Shown here in pieces: positions 43,219 to 53,339 of a stretch of DNA of 64,000 bases. The notes beneath the pieces were generated by a model. The model was not told where the DNA came from and searched no databases. It saw nothing but the letters and a program-made list of their open reading frames with translations. The translations under genes and the position numbers were made by a program. The DNA comes from an uncultured Actinomycetes bacterium (lineage in GTDB: Bacteria; Actinomycetota; UBA4738; HRBIN12): contig OY969934.1 of NCBI GenBank assembly GCA_963704725.1, positions 2,656,001 to 2,720,000 on the forward strand. The letters are read 5' to 3'. Position 1 is the stretch's first letter; every line of letters begins with the position of its first letter.

Positions 43219-44784
43219 CTACTCGGCGAACCCCTTCGCCGCGCCCTCGGGCCGGGGCGGGAGGTGCGAAGGACCGGCCACCGACTTCAGGTAGTCCTCG
43301 TACAGGTACACCTGCGCGGGCAGGGCGAAGGGCGCCTCGAGGTTGGTCACGATGGCCTCGCCCGGCATGAGCGTCTGGATCTCGGGCCCGAGATCGGAGA
43401 TGTCCTGCTTCGAGCTGCCCCGCAGGATGTTCCGGTCCTTCTCGTCAGCCAGGCCGAGGATGAAGAACGTGTTGAACTGGGACAGCAGCTCGTCGTCGAT
43501 CAGCTTGGGCTGCTGCGAGACCGCGCACAGCCCGACCTTGAACTTGCGGCCCTCGCGCGCCACGCGCGGGAACACGTTCTCGTCCGATCGCGTCGCACGC
43601 GACAGCACGCGCTGAGCCTCCTCGAGCGCGACGAGCGTGGGCGGCAGCGCCGCGAAGCGCTCCCGGTCGTCCAGGTAGACGTTGCCGTACGCGTCGAGGA
43701 CACGCCGGGTGATCACGGAGGCCACGAGGATCTCCTCCATCGACGACAGCCCGCTCGTGTCGACGAGCACGGAGTACCCGTCCATCAGCTCGTCGACGAT
43801 CCGCTCGGACAGGGAGGGCTGCGACGGGTCGCGGGAGATGCACGGCATGTCGAGGATCCGCTGCGCGCGGCGCTGGATCACCTGGAGCGTGCTCGTCGCG
43901 ACGTTCAGGCTCTCGGCCAGGGCGGCCACGTCCTGCTCCTCGCCGACCCGGACGATCCACTCCTCCCGGAAGAACCGGATCAGCCGGTAGATCGCGTCCT
44001 CTTGCGCGTGGCTCCACTCGTACGCGGTCTGGAGGTCGCCCAGCGTGAGCTCGGAGAGCGAGAGCCGGAGCGCCGTGGCGCCGGCCCCGGCCGCGCGGGT
44101 GGCGTAGACGCGGAGGCGGTCCGCGGCCCACGGGTGGTCGCGCAGCCCCCGGCGGATGCCGCTGCCGCCCTCGAGATACTCGCCGTGCGGGTCGAACAGC
44201 AGGCACGCGTACCTGCCCTGCGACGCGAGGATCTGCCCGGCCATCACCTTCATCAGGTTGGACTTGCCCATCCCGGTGGTGGCGAAGACGCCGACGTGCG
44301 ACGTGAGCGTCTCGCCGCGGATCCCCACCTCGAGGTCGATCGTGTCCTCGCCCGAGCGCAGCAGCCCGACCCGCACGTCGCCCATCCGCTCGCGCAGGAA
44401 GTCGAAGTCGGCCGCGCTGGGGGCCGTGACACGGGCGAACTGGGCGGGCAGCGACTTGGGCTTGCGGAACGTGCCCGCGGCGTCGATGTAGCCGAGCGGC
44501 TGGCACGTCGCCACCTTGTACAGGCGCTGCTCGGGGTCGTGCAGGGTGTACTCGGTCCCCGCGACGTCGCCGGTCATGTACGCGCCGGCCGTGCGCTCGG
44601 ACCACGACGGGTCCGAGGAGTCCGACCCGTAGGTCACCTGGATCACGCGGAACAGGAACCGCCGGGCGCGCTCGGGATCCTCCGCCGCGAGCAGCTCGCC
44701 GAGGAACAGATCCGTGCCGTAGAACGAGCGGAACGTCGACTCGAGGACGTTCTTGCCGAAGATGCGCCCCTTGTATTCCGTCAT
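43219..44784 (-). CDS. herA: HerA-family ATPase/helicase
   Basis: 'HVGVFATTGMGKSN', 'FDPHGEY', 'LEEAQR', 'AREGRKFKVGL..VSQQP'. Confidence 0.88.
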   Translation of the reverse strand: MTEYKGRIFGKNVLESTFRSFYGTDLFLGELLAAEDPERARRFLFRVIQVTYGSDSSDPSWSERTAGAYMTGDVAGTEYTLHDPEQRLYKVATCQPLGYIDAAGTFRKPKSLPAQFARVTAPSAADFDFLRERMGDVRVGLLRSGEDTIDLEVGIRGETLTSHVGVFATTGMGKSNLMKVMAGQILASQGRYACLLFDPHGEYLEGGSGIRRGLRDHPWAADRLRVYATRAAGAGATALRLSLSELTLGDLQTAYEWSHAQEDAIYRLIRFFREEWIVRVGEEQDVAALAESLNVATSTLQVIQRRAQRILDMPCISRDPSQPSLSERIVDELMDGYSVLVDTSGLSSMEEILVASVITRRVLDAYGNVYLDDRERFAALPPTLVALEEAQRVLSRATRSDENVFPRVAREGRKFKVGLCAVSQQPKLIDDELLSQFNTFFILGLADEKDRNILRGSSKQDISDLGPEIQTLMPGEAIVTNLEAPFALPAQVYLYEDYLKSVAGPSHLPPRPEGAAKGFAE

Positions 44785-45830
44785 CGGTTCAGCACCTCGT
44801 GGAAGTCCTGGAACAGCAGCTCGACGTCGTCCTGTCCCATCCCCCGGCGGGCCAGGGCGTCCCGGAACGAGCGGCGGACGTCGACGACGTCGTAGCCGGT
44901 GACCCGGGCCGCCTGGTGCGCTCGGGCGAGCGGGTACGGATAGCCGACGAACGCCGGGTCGTCGGCGAGCGCGGCAAGCCGGCCCAGCACCGCGGCGGGC
45001 GGCTCCGGCCCCCGCGCCACGTCGACGCGGAACGCGTGCGGCGCGGTGGGCGCGAGATGGGCCACGAAGATATCGCCGATGTAGAGCCTGCCGAAGATCG
45101 GGTCCGTCGAGATCCGGGCCGCCCACCGCGTCGGCCCGACCTCGCGGTCGCCCCGCCGCTTCAGCAGCGTGACGAGGGGCGCGTTCCTGCCCCAGTACAG
45201 GGTGGACGCCTTCACGACGCCGGCCAGCGAGACGCCGCGGGCCACGGCCGCGGCGTGCACCCGCTGCACCACCACCTGGGGGACGAGGGGGCCACCGTGG
45301 AGCGAGCCGTCCACGAGCACCAGGTCGCCCGGCGAGGCCTCGGCCACGGTCGCCCCGACCGCCGCCCACTCGGACCACTCTCGGAGCGCGTCGACGGGCC
45401 GCGGCAGCTCGGGCAGGCGCTCGGGCTCGGCCCCGCAGAGCTCGGTCAGCGCGGAGCGAGCCAGACGCGCCATCTCCTCCGGCGAGACCGCCCGCACGAC
45501 GAGCTGCGGCCGGTCCACGCCCACGGTGGCGCCGCCGGAGAACCGGACCCGGGCCGCCCGGTACGCGGCGACCTGGAATGAGCGCCCGTCGGCCACCACG
45601 CACGACCCGCCGTCGACCGCCCACACGGTCCCTGGGTCGGCCGGCTCGACCGGATCCAGCTCGTAACCGTCGGGGTGGCCGGGAACCACGAGCGCCTCGT
45701 CGAGCCCGAGCTGGCCCTCGAGCACGTGGATCTCGGAGGCGGGACGCTCGAGGAGCTCCACGACGAACGTAGCGGCCTCGTCCAACCGACCGGGCTCGAC
45801 GAGGTCGAGGCTGAGCACTCGCGCCTCCAC
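44781..45830 (-). CDS. nurA: NurA-family nuclease
   Basis: 'WAVDGGS', 'VLVDGSL', 'GVVK', 'GYPYPLARAH'; ATGA overlap with herA; start approximate. Confidence 0.85.
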   Translation of the reverse strand: MEARVLSLDLVEPGRLDEAATFVVELLERPASEIHVLEGQLGLDEALVVPGHPDGYELDPVEPADPGTVWAVDGGSCVVADGRSFQVAAYRAARVRFSGGATVGVDRPQLVVRAVSPEEMARLARSALTELCGAEPERLPELPRPVDALREWSEWAAVGATVAEASPGDLVLVDGSLHGGPLVPQVVVQRVHAAAVARGVSLAGVVKASTLYWGRNAPLVTLLKRRGDREVGPTRWAARISTDPIFGRLYIGDIFVAHLAPTAPHAFRVDVARGPEPPAAVLGRLAALADDPAFVGYPYPLARAHQAARVTGYDVVDVRRSFRDALARRGMGQDDVELLFQDFHEVLNR

Positions 45831-45940
45831 CCGCCGAAGCGTACCGGACGCCCCGGACGGACCCCGCAGGCCACGGGAACTCGGCCGGCACGCTGCTCGG
45901 ACGGGCGGCGGGCTCCGAGTACCGGCCGCGTGTCGACGTC

Positions 45941-46300
45941 TTACTCCGTGACCTGCGCGCACTTGGCGACAAGGTCCTGGTACGCAGCGACAACATCGGC
46001 GCGGATCGCCTGGGAATCCACGTCGGCATCACGTGGGGGGTCGCCGAGGACAGCGAAGGATACGAGGAAGGCCGCATCGTGGACGGCGTCAACGACCTCC
46101 CGACCGTCCGGCGGGAATGCCAACTCGAGAACCTCCTCGATGGCCGACAGGTCCTGGTGAGCCCAGGCCTGCTCGAAAGCGTCGCAATGCCGCTTCGTGT
46201 AGGAAGGGGGGGTGCTCTCGCACCCGGAGAGCAGCAGAAGCGCAAGGCCCGCCGCCACGACCATGATGCCGGTGCCCGGCCATCGCCTACCCATGTGCAA
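45941..46300 (-). CDS. Small hypothetical lipoprotein
   Basis: Lipobox LSGC, two further Cys; lower GC than its neighbours. Confidence 0.5.
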   Translation of the reverse strand: MHMGRRWPGTGIMVVAAGLALLLLSGCESTPPSYTKRHCDAFEQAWAHQDLSAIEEVLELAFPPDGREVVDAVHDAAFLVSFAVLGDPPRDADVDSQAIRADVVAAYQDLVAKCAQVTE

Positions 46301-46486
46301 ACGGTATCTGGGAGTCGGCCCGACGGGCTAGGAACGGGGTGTCCTCAGCCGATCTTCAGAGCCGGAACTAGTCATTCCGGGCCATTTCCCCCATCGGGGG
46401 GACTACACCCCGGGGTCCGGGGAGCCGATAGGAGGCTTGACCGCCCGGAGACGACGCCCCAAGGGAGTCTCGAGAGGGGACCCGAG

Positions 46487-47758
46487 ATGATGGCATCCTT
46501 GGCACGACGAGAGCGCCGGCCGCTCTGGGGCATCCTCACCTTCCTTTGCCTCGCCGCCGTGGGCTTCTCACTGTGGGCGGCGATGAACGGCCGCGACGAG
46601 GCCATGCGGCAGGCCTCTCGCGACGCCGAGCTGGCCGCCCAGACCGAGCTCGCCCCCCTGCTCCAAGCCCGGGACCTGAGCACGCCGATGACGAGCACCC
46701 GGGCGCGCGAGCTCGCGTCGGGGATCGAGTCGTCGATCGTGGCGGTGAGCCCGATCCAGGACGTCCGGATCTTCTCCTCGGCCGGTCGCATCCTGTACGC
46801 GTCCGAGACGAAGTACATCGGGACGCGCCCCTCCTACCTGCGGGACCTGGTGCTCGGGGTCGCCGACGGGACGTCGACGAGCGCGGTTCGCGAGGGATTC
46901 CTGCAGACCTACGTGCCCGTATGGATGAACCCGAACGGCGACGTCGCCGTCGCGGAGCTCTCGCAGCCGGTCGGCCCCATCTCGGCGGAGGGAACGGCCG
47001 ACTGGATCAGGCTCGCCGCGATCGCCGGTCTGCTGATGCTCGCGGGCCTGGCCATGGTGGTCGTCACCTCGCGGGCACCGGCGGCGCGTCCGGCGCCGGT
47101 CCAGGTCTACACCTCGACCGTCATGCGTCACGTTCCCCGCGACCATCAGCCGATCTCCGCAGACGCCCCTCTGTACGAGCACGCCGGCTTCCGCGACCTC
47201 GAAGAGGCACGGCGGGAGGCGGAGCGGCGGGCCTACGCGATCGAGGAGAACTTCCGAGCCGTGCAGACGCGGCTGAAGGACTCCCTGGCGCAGGTGAAGG
47301 AGCTCGAGGAGAAGCTGGCGATGAACGAGACGCAGGCCACGACCAACGACGGGGAACTCCAGGCCCTGCGCGACCAGCTCCGCGAGACGTCGGAGCGCCT
47401 GCACAAGGCCGACCTCGACAACAACGCCCTGCGCGAGCGGATGGCCCTGCGGCAGCAGGAGCTCGACGAGGCGCGGCGCCTCCTCGCCGAGGTCCGGCGC
47501 CGGGTCGATGCGGACGAGCTGCGGTCCCGCCTCGCGGCCGCCGACGAGCTCGCAGCCACGTTGGAGCGCCGGATCGATCAACTCGGCGGCCAGCTCGAGC
47601 ACGCGAACGCAGCGGTACACACGAACGGATCCTCGACGGCTCTCCGCGACCTCGATGACGACGACCTGGAGATCGAGGAGGAGGACAACCTCTTCGAGCA
47701 CCCCATGATCATCCGGAACGCGCCGGGCCACTCGACGACGCCCCAGAAGGTGAGGTGA
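46487..47758 (+). CDS. Two-TM sensor-like membrane protein with long cytoplasmic coiled coil
   Basis: TM, extracytoplasmic domain ('VRIFSSAGRILYA', 'YVPV'), TM, then an E/R/L-rich heptad region; no catalytic domain seen. Confidence 0.75.
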   Translation: MMASLARRERRPLWGILTFLCLAAVGFSLWAAMNGRDEAMRQASRDAELAAQTELAPLLQARDLSTPMTSTRARELASGIESSIVAVSPIQDVRIFSSAGRILYASETKYIGTRPSYLRDLVLGVADGTSTSAVREGFLQTYVPVWMNPNGDVAVAELSQPVGPISAEGTADWIRLAAIAGLLMLAGLAMVVVTSRAPAARPAPVQVYTSTVMRHVPRDHQPISADAPLYEHAGFRDLEEARREAERRAYAIEENFRAVQTRLKDSLAQVKELEEKLAMNETQATTNDGELQALRDQLRETSERLHKADLDNNALRERMALRQQELDEARRLLAEVRRRVDADELRSRLAAADELAATLERRIDQLGGQLEHANAAVHTNGSSTALRDLDDDDLEIEEEDNLFEHPMIIRNAPGHSTTPQKVR

Positions 47759-47759
47759 C

Positions 47760-49171
47760 GTGGCCATGGCGGAGTCGGTGGACACGATGCAGGCACAGCA
47801 GCAGACCGAGAGCGACGACCTCGCGCGCACGATCGCGGTGGCCGGACTGCAGGTCTCCCAGGCCGCCGACGAGCTGAAGCAGGCCGCCGCGCACCTGATG
47901 GACGCCGAGGAACACGCTCGCGACGCCGAGGCTCGCCGTCGCACGGCCGAGGAGCAGATGGCGCAGGGGGCCTCGAAGAACGCCGAGCTCCTCGACCTGC
48001 TGAGCCTGGCCCGGCAGGCTCAGAGCGAGGCGGAGGAGCGCGCCCGGAGCGCCGAGCAGCCCCTGCAGGAGGCGCGAGGACGGCCCTGGCCGAGGCCGAA
48101 GAGCGCGCCCGCGCGGCCGGGCAACCGGTCGAGGAGGCTCGCACCGCCCAGGTCGAGGCCGAGGAGCGCGCCCGCCGGGCGGAGCAGCGGGTGAAGATCT
48201 CGATCGAGCGGACCGAGCTCATGGAGGAGCAGCTCAAGGCGCTCGAGTCCCGCGCGCAGGAGGCGGAGTCACGGCCACAGGTCACCGTCATCGTGGACGA
48301 CGAGCGCAACGCCCTCCAGGAGGCCGTCGCGGCCGACGTGCGGCGCCCCCTCACGTCGATCCTGGGTCTCACCCTCGCGCTCAAGCACGCCGACCCGCAG
48401 TCGACCGAGGGCGGGGACATGATCCGTCAGCTCGCCACGAACGCCCGCAAGCTCGACCGCCTCGTCGGCGAGATGCTGGCGCTCGACAAGATCGTGAGCG
48501 GCGCGTTCGAGCCGAACCTGCGTCGGACCGATCTCGAGGCGCTCGTTCGCCGCGTGGTCGAGGAGTCGCCGGATCTCGCGAACCGCGACATCAAGATCGA
48601 GTCCGAGCACGTGGCGATCCAGGTCGACCCGGCGCTCACGGAGCAGATGGTCGAGACGCTGCTCTCGAACGCCGGACGTAGGACCACACCGGGCAACCCG
48701 GTGTGGGTGAAGATCTCCTCGGACCAGGAGGGTGCCGTCATCGCCGTCGACGACACCGGTCCCGAGGTCCCGCCGGGGCTGCGAGGCGCGATGGTCGCAG
48801 CGCTGACGGACGACGGTCCCGCCGCACGGCAGAGAAGGCCGCGAGGCGCGACGGGGCTGACCCTGCTGGCGAGGCTGGCCGAGATCCACGGCGGCAGGGC
48901 CTGGGTCGAGGAGCGGCCCGGCGGCGGCGCATCGTTCCGCGTGTTCCTACCTGCAGCACGGGAGCCGAACACGGAGCCGCGAGTGGATTCCGCGGACGAC
49001 CGCGCCGCCGCACGGGTGCTCGATTCGAGTGACGACCGAGCCGTGGCCCTGGCCAGGGCGCTCGTCAACCGGGACCAGGGAGACACGAACGCGCCGCTGG
49101 ACCGCGCCGTGGTCTCGACGAACGGTCACGGTTCGCCGGACGTCGACGTCTCGGGCGAGGTCGTCCTGTAG
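47760..49171 (+). CDS. Coiled-coil repeat protein fused to a degenerate histidine kinase (frameshift near 48078)
   Basis: Repeats 'EAEERAR.A.Q...EAR.A' continue across the frame change into ORF 48191-49171, which has 'ADVRRPLTSILG', 'LLSNA', 'DDTGP', 'HGGRAWVE..PGGGASF'. Confidence 0.7.
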
Positions 49172-49246
49172 GTCCCCGACTCCCCGGCCCGGGCCGAGCG
49201 TCTGCACCGCCCGACCCGAGGCCGCCGGCGCCGGCTGCCCGGCGGC

Positions 49247-50407
49247 TCAGCCGAACGCCTTCAGCAGCTCCCGGGCGATGACGATGCGCTGGATCTGGTT
49301 CGTTCCCTCGTAGATCTGGGTGACCTTCGCGTCGCGCATGAGGCGCTCGACCGGGTACTCGCGGATGTAGCCGTAGCCACCGAGCACCTGCACCGCGTCG
49401 GTCGTGATGCGCATCGCGGCGTCGGAGGCGAAGCACTTGGCGACGCTGGAGAAGTACGTCATCCGCTTGTCTCCCGCGTCGCAGAGAGCGAGGGCCTTGT
49501 ATACGAGCATCCGCGCCGCCTCGAGCTGCATCGCCATGTCCGCGAGCATGAACGACACGCCCTGGAACTCGCCGATCGGCCGGCCGAACTGATGCCGCTC
49601 GGTAGCGTACCGGGCCGCGAAGTCGAACGCGCCCTGGGCGATGCCGAGCGCCTGCGCGCCGATCAGCGGACGCGAGTAGTCGAGCGTCTGGAGAGCGATC
49701 TTGAAGCCCTCGCCCTCGGTGCCGATCAGGCGGTCGGCCGGGATGCGAGCGTCGGTGAGGATCACCTCGCGCGTCGGCGAGCCGCGGATCCCCATCTTGT
49801 CCTCCTTGCGGCCGAACGAGACGCCCGGATCGTCCTTCATCACGATGAACGCGCTGATCCCCTTCGAGCCCTCGGACCGATCCCGCGTCGCGAACACGAC
49901 GTACGCGTGGCTCACGCCGGCGCCGGTGATGAACCGCTTGGTCCCGCTCAACACGAACCCGTCGCCCTCGGCCGCATACCGCGTCGCCAGGGACGCGGCG
50001 TCGGAGCCGGCGCCGGGCTCGGTGAGCGCGTACGACATGAGGATCTCGCCGCGGACGATGCCACCGATGATCGTCGTGCGCTGCTCCTCGGTGCCGGCCA
50101 GGAGCAGGGGGATCACGCCGAGCTTGCTCACGGCCGGCGCGAGGGCGAGCCCGGCCGCTACGCGAGACAGCTCCTCCACCAGAACCCCGAAGGCGAGGGA
50201 GCCACCCCCCGAGCCTCCATACGCCTCGTCGTAGCCGACGCCGGTCAGCTCGTTCTCCACCAGGACCCGATAGAGGTCGTCCGGCCACTCGTCGGACCGG
50301 TCGATCTCGTCGGCACGCGGCGCGATCTTCTCCTCCGCGATCTGCCGGACGAGCTGACGGAACTCCTCCAGCTCCTCGGGAAGCTCGAACCGCTCCAGGT
50401 CGCTCAT
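49247..50407 (-). CDS. Acyl-CoA dehydrogenase
   Basis: 'YALTEPGAGSD', 'GTKRFIT', 'KMGIRGS', 'QVLGGYGY', 'IYEGTNQIQR'. Confidence 0.95.
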   Translation of the reverse strand: MSDLERFELPEELEEFRQLVRQIAEEKIAPRADEIDRSDEWPDDLYRVLVENELTGVGYDEAYGGSGGGSLAFGVLVEELSRVAAGLALAPAVSKLGVIPLLLAGTEEQRTTIIGGIVRGEILMSYALTEPGAGSDAASLATRYAAEGDGFVLSGTKRFITGAGVSHAYVVFATRDRSEGSKGISAFIVMKDDPGVSFGRKEDKMGIRGSPTREVILTDARIPADRLIGTEGEGFKIALQTLDYSRPLIGAQALGIAQGAFDFAARYATERHQFGRPIGEFQGVSFMLADMAMQLEAARMLVYKALALCDAGDKRMTYFSSVAKCFASDAAMRITTDAVQVLGGYGYIREYPVERLMRDAKVTQIYEGTNQIQRIVIARELLKAFG

Positions 50408-50414
50408 GGCTCGG

Positions 50415-51599
50415 TCACGCGACCCGCCGGATGACCAGGGCGTCCCCCTGGCCGCCGCCGCCGCAGATCGTCGCCGCGCCGAGGTCGACGCTCCGCCGGC
50501 GCATCTCGTGGGCGAGCGTCAAGACGATCCGGGCCCCGCTCATCCCGATCGGGTGGCCGAGCGAGACGGCGCCGCCGTTCACGTTCGTCAGCTCCTCGTC
50601 GAAGCCGAGCACTCGGGTCACGTTCAGCGAGACCGCGGCGAAGGCCTCGTTCACCTCGAGCAGGCCGAGGTCGTGCACGTCGAGCTGCGCCCTCTTCAGC
50701 GCGTGCTGCAGCGCGATCGCCGGGACGGTGTGGAGATAGGTGAAGCGCTCGGCCGACATCCCGTGCGCGACGATCTCGGCGAGCGGCGTCAGCCCGAGCT
50801 GCTCGGCGCGCTCCCGGCTGGTCACCACGACCGCCGCCGCGCCGTCGCTGAGCTGGGAGGCGTTGCCCGCGGTGATCGTGCCGTCCTCGTTGAACGAGGG
50901 CTTCAGCCTCGCCAGGACCTCGGGCGTCGTCTCCGGCCGGATGCCCTCGTCGCGATCGACGACCACCGGGTCGCCCCGACGCTGGGGGATCTCGATCGGG
51001 ACGGTCTCCTCCGCGAGCCGTCCGGACTCCCACCCAGCGTGCGCGCGGACGTGCGACCGCGCCGCCCACGCGTCCTGCTCCTCGCGGGTGATGCCGAGCT
51101 CCGCGTTCACCTCGTCCGACGACGCGCCCATGGGCTGCCGGCGGAAGCTCGACCACAGCCCGTCGTGGACCATCGAGTCGATCATCTGCGTGTGCCCGAG
51201 GCGCGAGCCGTCCCGGGCCGCCGGCACGAGGTACGGAGCCTGGGTCATCGACTCCATCCCGCCGGCGACCACCACGTCCACGTCCCCGGCCCGGATCATC
51301 TGGTCCGCGAGCGCGATCGCCGTGATCCCCGACAGGCACACCTTGTCGACGTTCAGCGCCGGGACCTCTTTGGGGATCCCCGCGGCGACCGCCGCCTGCC
51401 TGGCCGTGACCTGCCCGGTGCCGGCCCGGAGCACCTGCCCCATGACCACGTAGTCCACCCCCGCGCCCTCGACGCCGGAGCGGGCGAGGGCTTTCCGGAT
51501 CGCGGCCGCACCGAGCTCGACCGCGGACAGGCCGGCCAGCGCGCCCCGGAACCGACCGATCGGCGTCCGCGCGCCGGCGACGATGACGGATGCGGTCAT
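50415..51599 (-). CDS. Acetyl-CoA C-acyltransferase (thiolase)
   Basis: 'KVCLSG', 'GGMESM', 'NEAF', 'GHPIGMSG', 'CGGGGQG'. Confidence 0.95.
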   Translation of the reverse strand: MTASVIVAGARTPIGRFRGALAGLSAVELGAAAIRKALARSGVEGAGVDYVVMGQVLRAGTGQVTARQAAVAAGIPKEVPALNVDKVCLSGITAIALADQMIRAGDVDVVVAGGMESMTQAPYLVPAARDGSRLGHTQMIDSMVHDGLWSSFRRQPMGASSDEVNAELGITREEQDAWAARSHVRAHAGWESGRLAEETVPIEIPQRRGDPVVVDRDEGIRPETTPEVLARLKPSFNEDGTITAGNASQLSDGAAAVVVTSRERAEQLGLTPLAEIVAHGMSAERFTYLHTVPAIALQHALKRAQLDVHDLGLLEVNEAFAAVSLNVTRVLGFDEELTNVNGGAVSLGHPIGMSGARIVLTLAHEMRRRSVDLGAATICGGGGQGDALVIRRVA

Positions 51600-51679
51600 G
51601 GCTCGTGCCTTTCGTCGTGGGCGGTATCGTCCAGTCTACGCCGGGGCTTCTCGCAGGATCCCCGGGGGAGGGAGCCCGC

Positions 51680-52612
51680 GTGCAACCACGTTTCGGCGTC
51701 ACGATCATCCCGTCTGCGTCCGGTCGATCGGATCCCATCGAGGAGGCCCGTCGGGCCGAGGAGCTCGGCTTCGACCTCGTCGCGGTGTGGGATCACCCCC
51801 ACGGCGAGCACCCCTCGTTCGAGGCATGGACGTTCATGACCTGGATCGCCGCCCGCACGACCAGGATCTCGATCGCCTCCGACGTGCTCAGCCTGCCGTA
51901 CCGCCTGCCGGCCCTCATCGCGAAGATGGCCGAGAGCCTGGACCGCCTCTCGGACGGCCGGCTGATCCTGGGGCTGGGCGCCGGCTCCTCGGAGCAGGAG
52001 TCCGCCGCGCTCGGGGCTCCCGTCCGTCCGCCCGCCGAGAGGATCGAGGCGCTCGAGGAAGCCATCCGGATCATCCGCGGGGCATGGTCCGAACCCGTCT
52101 TCACCTACGACGGCGCCTACTACCGGAACGAGGAGGCCCGGATCGAGCCGAAGCCGGCCCGAACGATCCCGATCTGGGTGGGCGCGTACGGCCCGCGGGC
52201 CCTCGACCTGACCGGCCGCCTGGCCGACGGCTGGATCCCGTCAATGCCCTACCTGCCCCCGTCCGAGGTGCGGCCGTCGATGGATCGGGTTCGCGCCGCG
52301 GCCGAGCGAGCCGGGAGGAACCCCGACGTCCTCGACTTCGCCTACAACGTCCCGGTGCGGGTAGGGGGCGGGCCCCCGCGTGATCCGGCCCGCCAGATCG
52401 CCGGGGCGCCAGGCGAGGTCGCCGACGGCCTGGCGGGACTGCTCCGCTTCGGCTTCACGGTGCTGAATCTCTCGATCGCCGGCGATCGCGCCGAGCAGAT
52501 GCGCCGCCTGGCCGAGGACGTGCTTCCGGTGGTACGCGGGCTCACGACCGAAGTCGGCGACGCGCCGACGGGCGTCGATCCCGGCGTCGAAGACCCACTT
52601 GCGCCAGGTTGA
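51680..52612 (+). CDS. LLM-class flavin-dependent oxidoreductase
   Basis: 'AEELGFD...WDH', 'LDRLSDGRLILGLGAG', 'GRLADGW'. Confidence 0.9.
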   Translation: MQPRFGVTIIPSASGRSDPIEEARRAEELGFDLVAVWDHPHGEHPSFEAWTFMTWIAARTTRISIASDVLSLPYRLPALIAKMAESLDRLSDGRLILGLGAGSSEQESAALGAPVRPPAERIEALEEAIRIIRGAWSEPVFTYDGAYYRNEEARIEPKPARTIPIWVGAYGPRALDLTGRLADGWIPSMPYLPPSEVRPSMDRVRAAAERAGRNPDVLDFAYNVPVRVGGGPPRDPARQIAGAPGEVADGLAGLLRFGFTVLNLSIAGDRAEQMRRLAEDVLPVVRGLTTEVGDAPTGVDPGVEDPLAPG

Positions 52613-52669
52613 GCCACAACCTTGCGCAAGGTGAATCCGTTCGCAAGGATATCCGTGTGATCGTCCGAG

Positions 52670-53042
52670 CTAAGAACCGTACGGCGCCCGGAGATCTCCC
52701 ATCGTCGGGAAATGCCGGAGGTTCGTCGTTGCGAGCTCGAGGCCGAGCAGCTCCGCCGTCGCGGCGATGACGAGATCCGCGACACCGGTCCCCGTGTGGC
52801 TCCGACGAAGGCCGCGCCCAAGCTCTCCGGCGAGGCGCGCGACCGACTCGTCCACGGCGATCCAGTCTCGAGCCGGCTGGAAGAGCCGTGTTCCGCGGGG
52901 TTCAGAATTGGATCGGCGGAGCACCTCCACGCGCGTCCCCCCCGAGGAGGTCGGGCGTCGGTCAAGCCGGTGAGGAAGTCCACCGCTCCCGCGATCGCCG
53001 CGCAGGACATCGACAGGACCGTCGTGTCGAGGAGGCGATCAC
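52670..53042 (-). pseudogene. vapC: VapC/PIN-domain toxin, frameshifted in this sequence
   Basis: Fragments in different frames: 'LLDTTVL', 'VEVLR', 'VADLVIAATA...LATTNLRHFP'. Confidence 0.7.
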
Positions 53043-53326
53043 GAGCGGCGGCGGCGCTCGAGCTCGCGAGCTCGTGCCGCATCGGCCCGACGCATCTCCT
53101 CGACGCCTCGGCGGCCCTCGGGCGACCGAGCCGCCGTACCTGCGGCCGTGAACTGCGGCCCGGAACGCTTCGAACCGCGCTCGCTCGTCGGCGGCTGACC
53201 TGCCCGGCACCCATCACCGGCCTCGCGGATCAGATGCGATGTCGTCGTGCTCGGCGGCGGCGCGCCGTGCAAGACTGCCTGGGACTCGTCGAGGCTGGGT
53301 GCGTCCCACGATGTAGGAGCAATCAT
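53039..53326 (-). pseudogene. Probable cognate antitoxin (RHH-like), frameshifted or degraded
   Basis: 'LDESQ...TSHLIREA' fragment; GTGA overlap with the PIN gene. Confidence 0.4.
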
Positions 53327-53339
53327 GCCCGCCAGCGGC

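Noticed and set aside
52620-52649. CCTTGCG...CGCAAGG inverted repeat between convergent genes
   Set aside because: Short stem with a long loop. It may be a terminator but is too weak to call.
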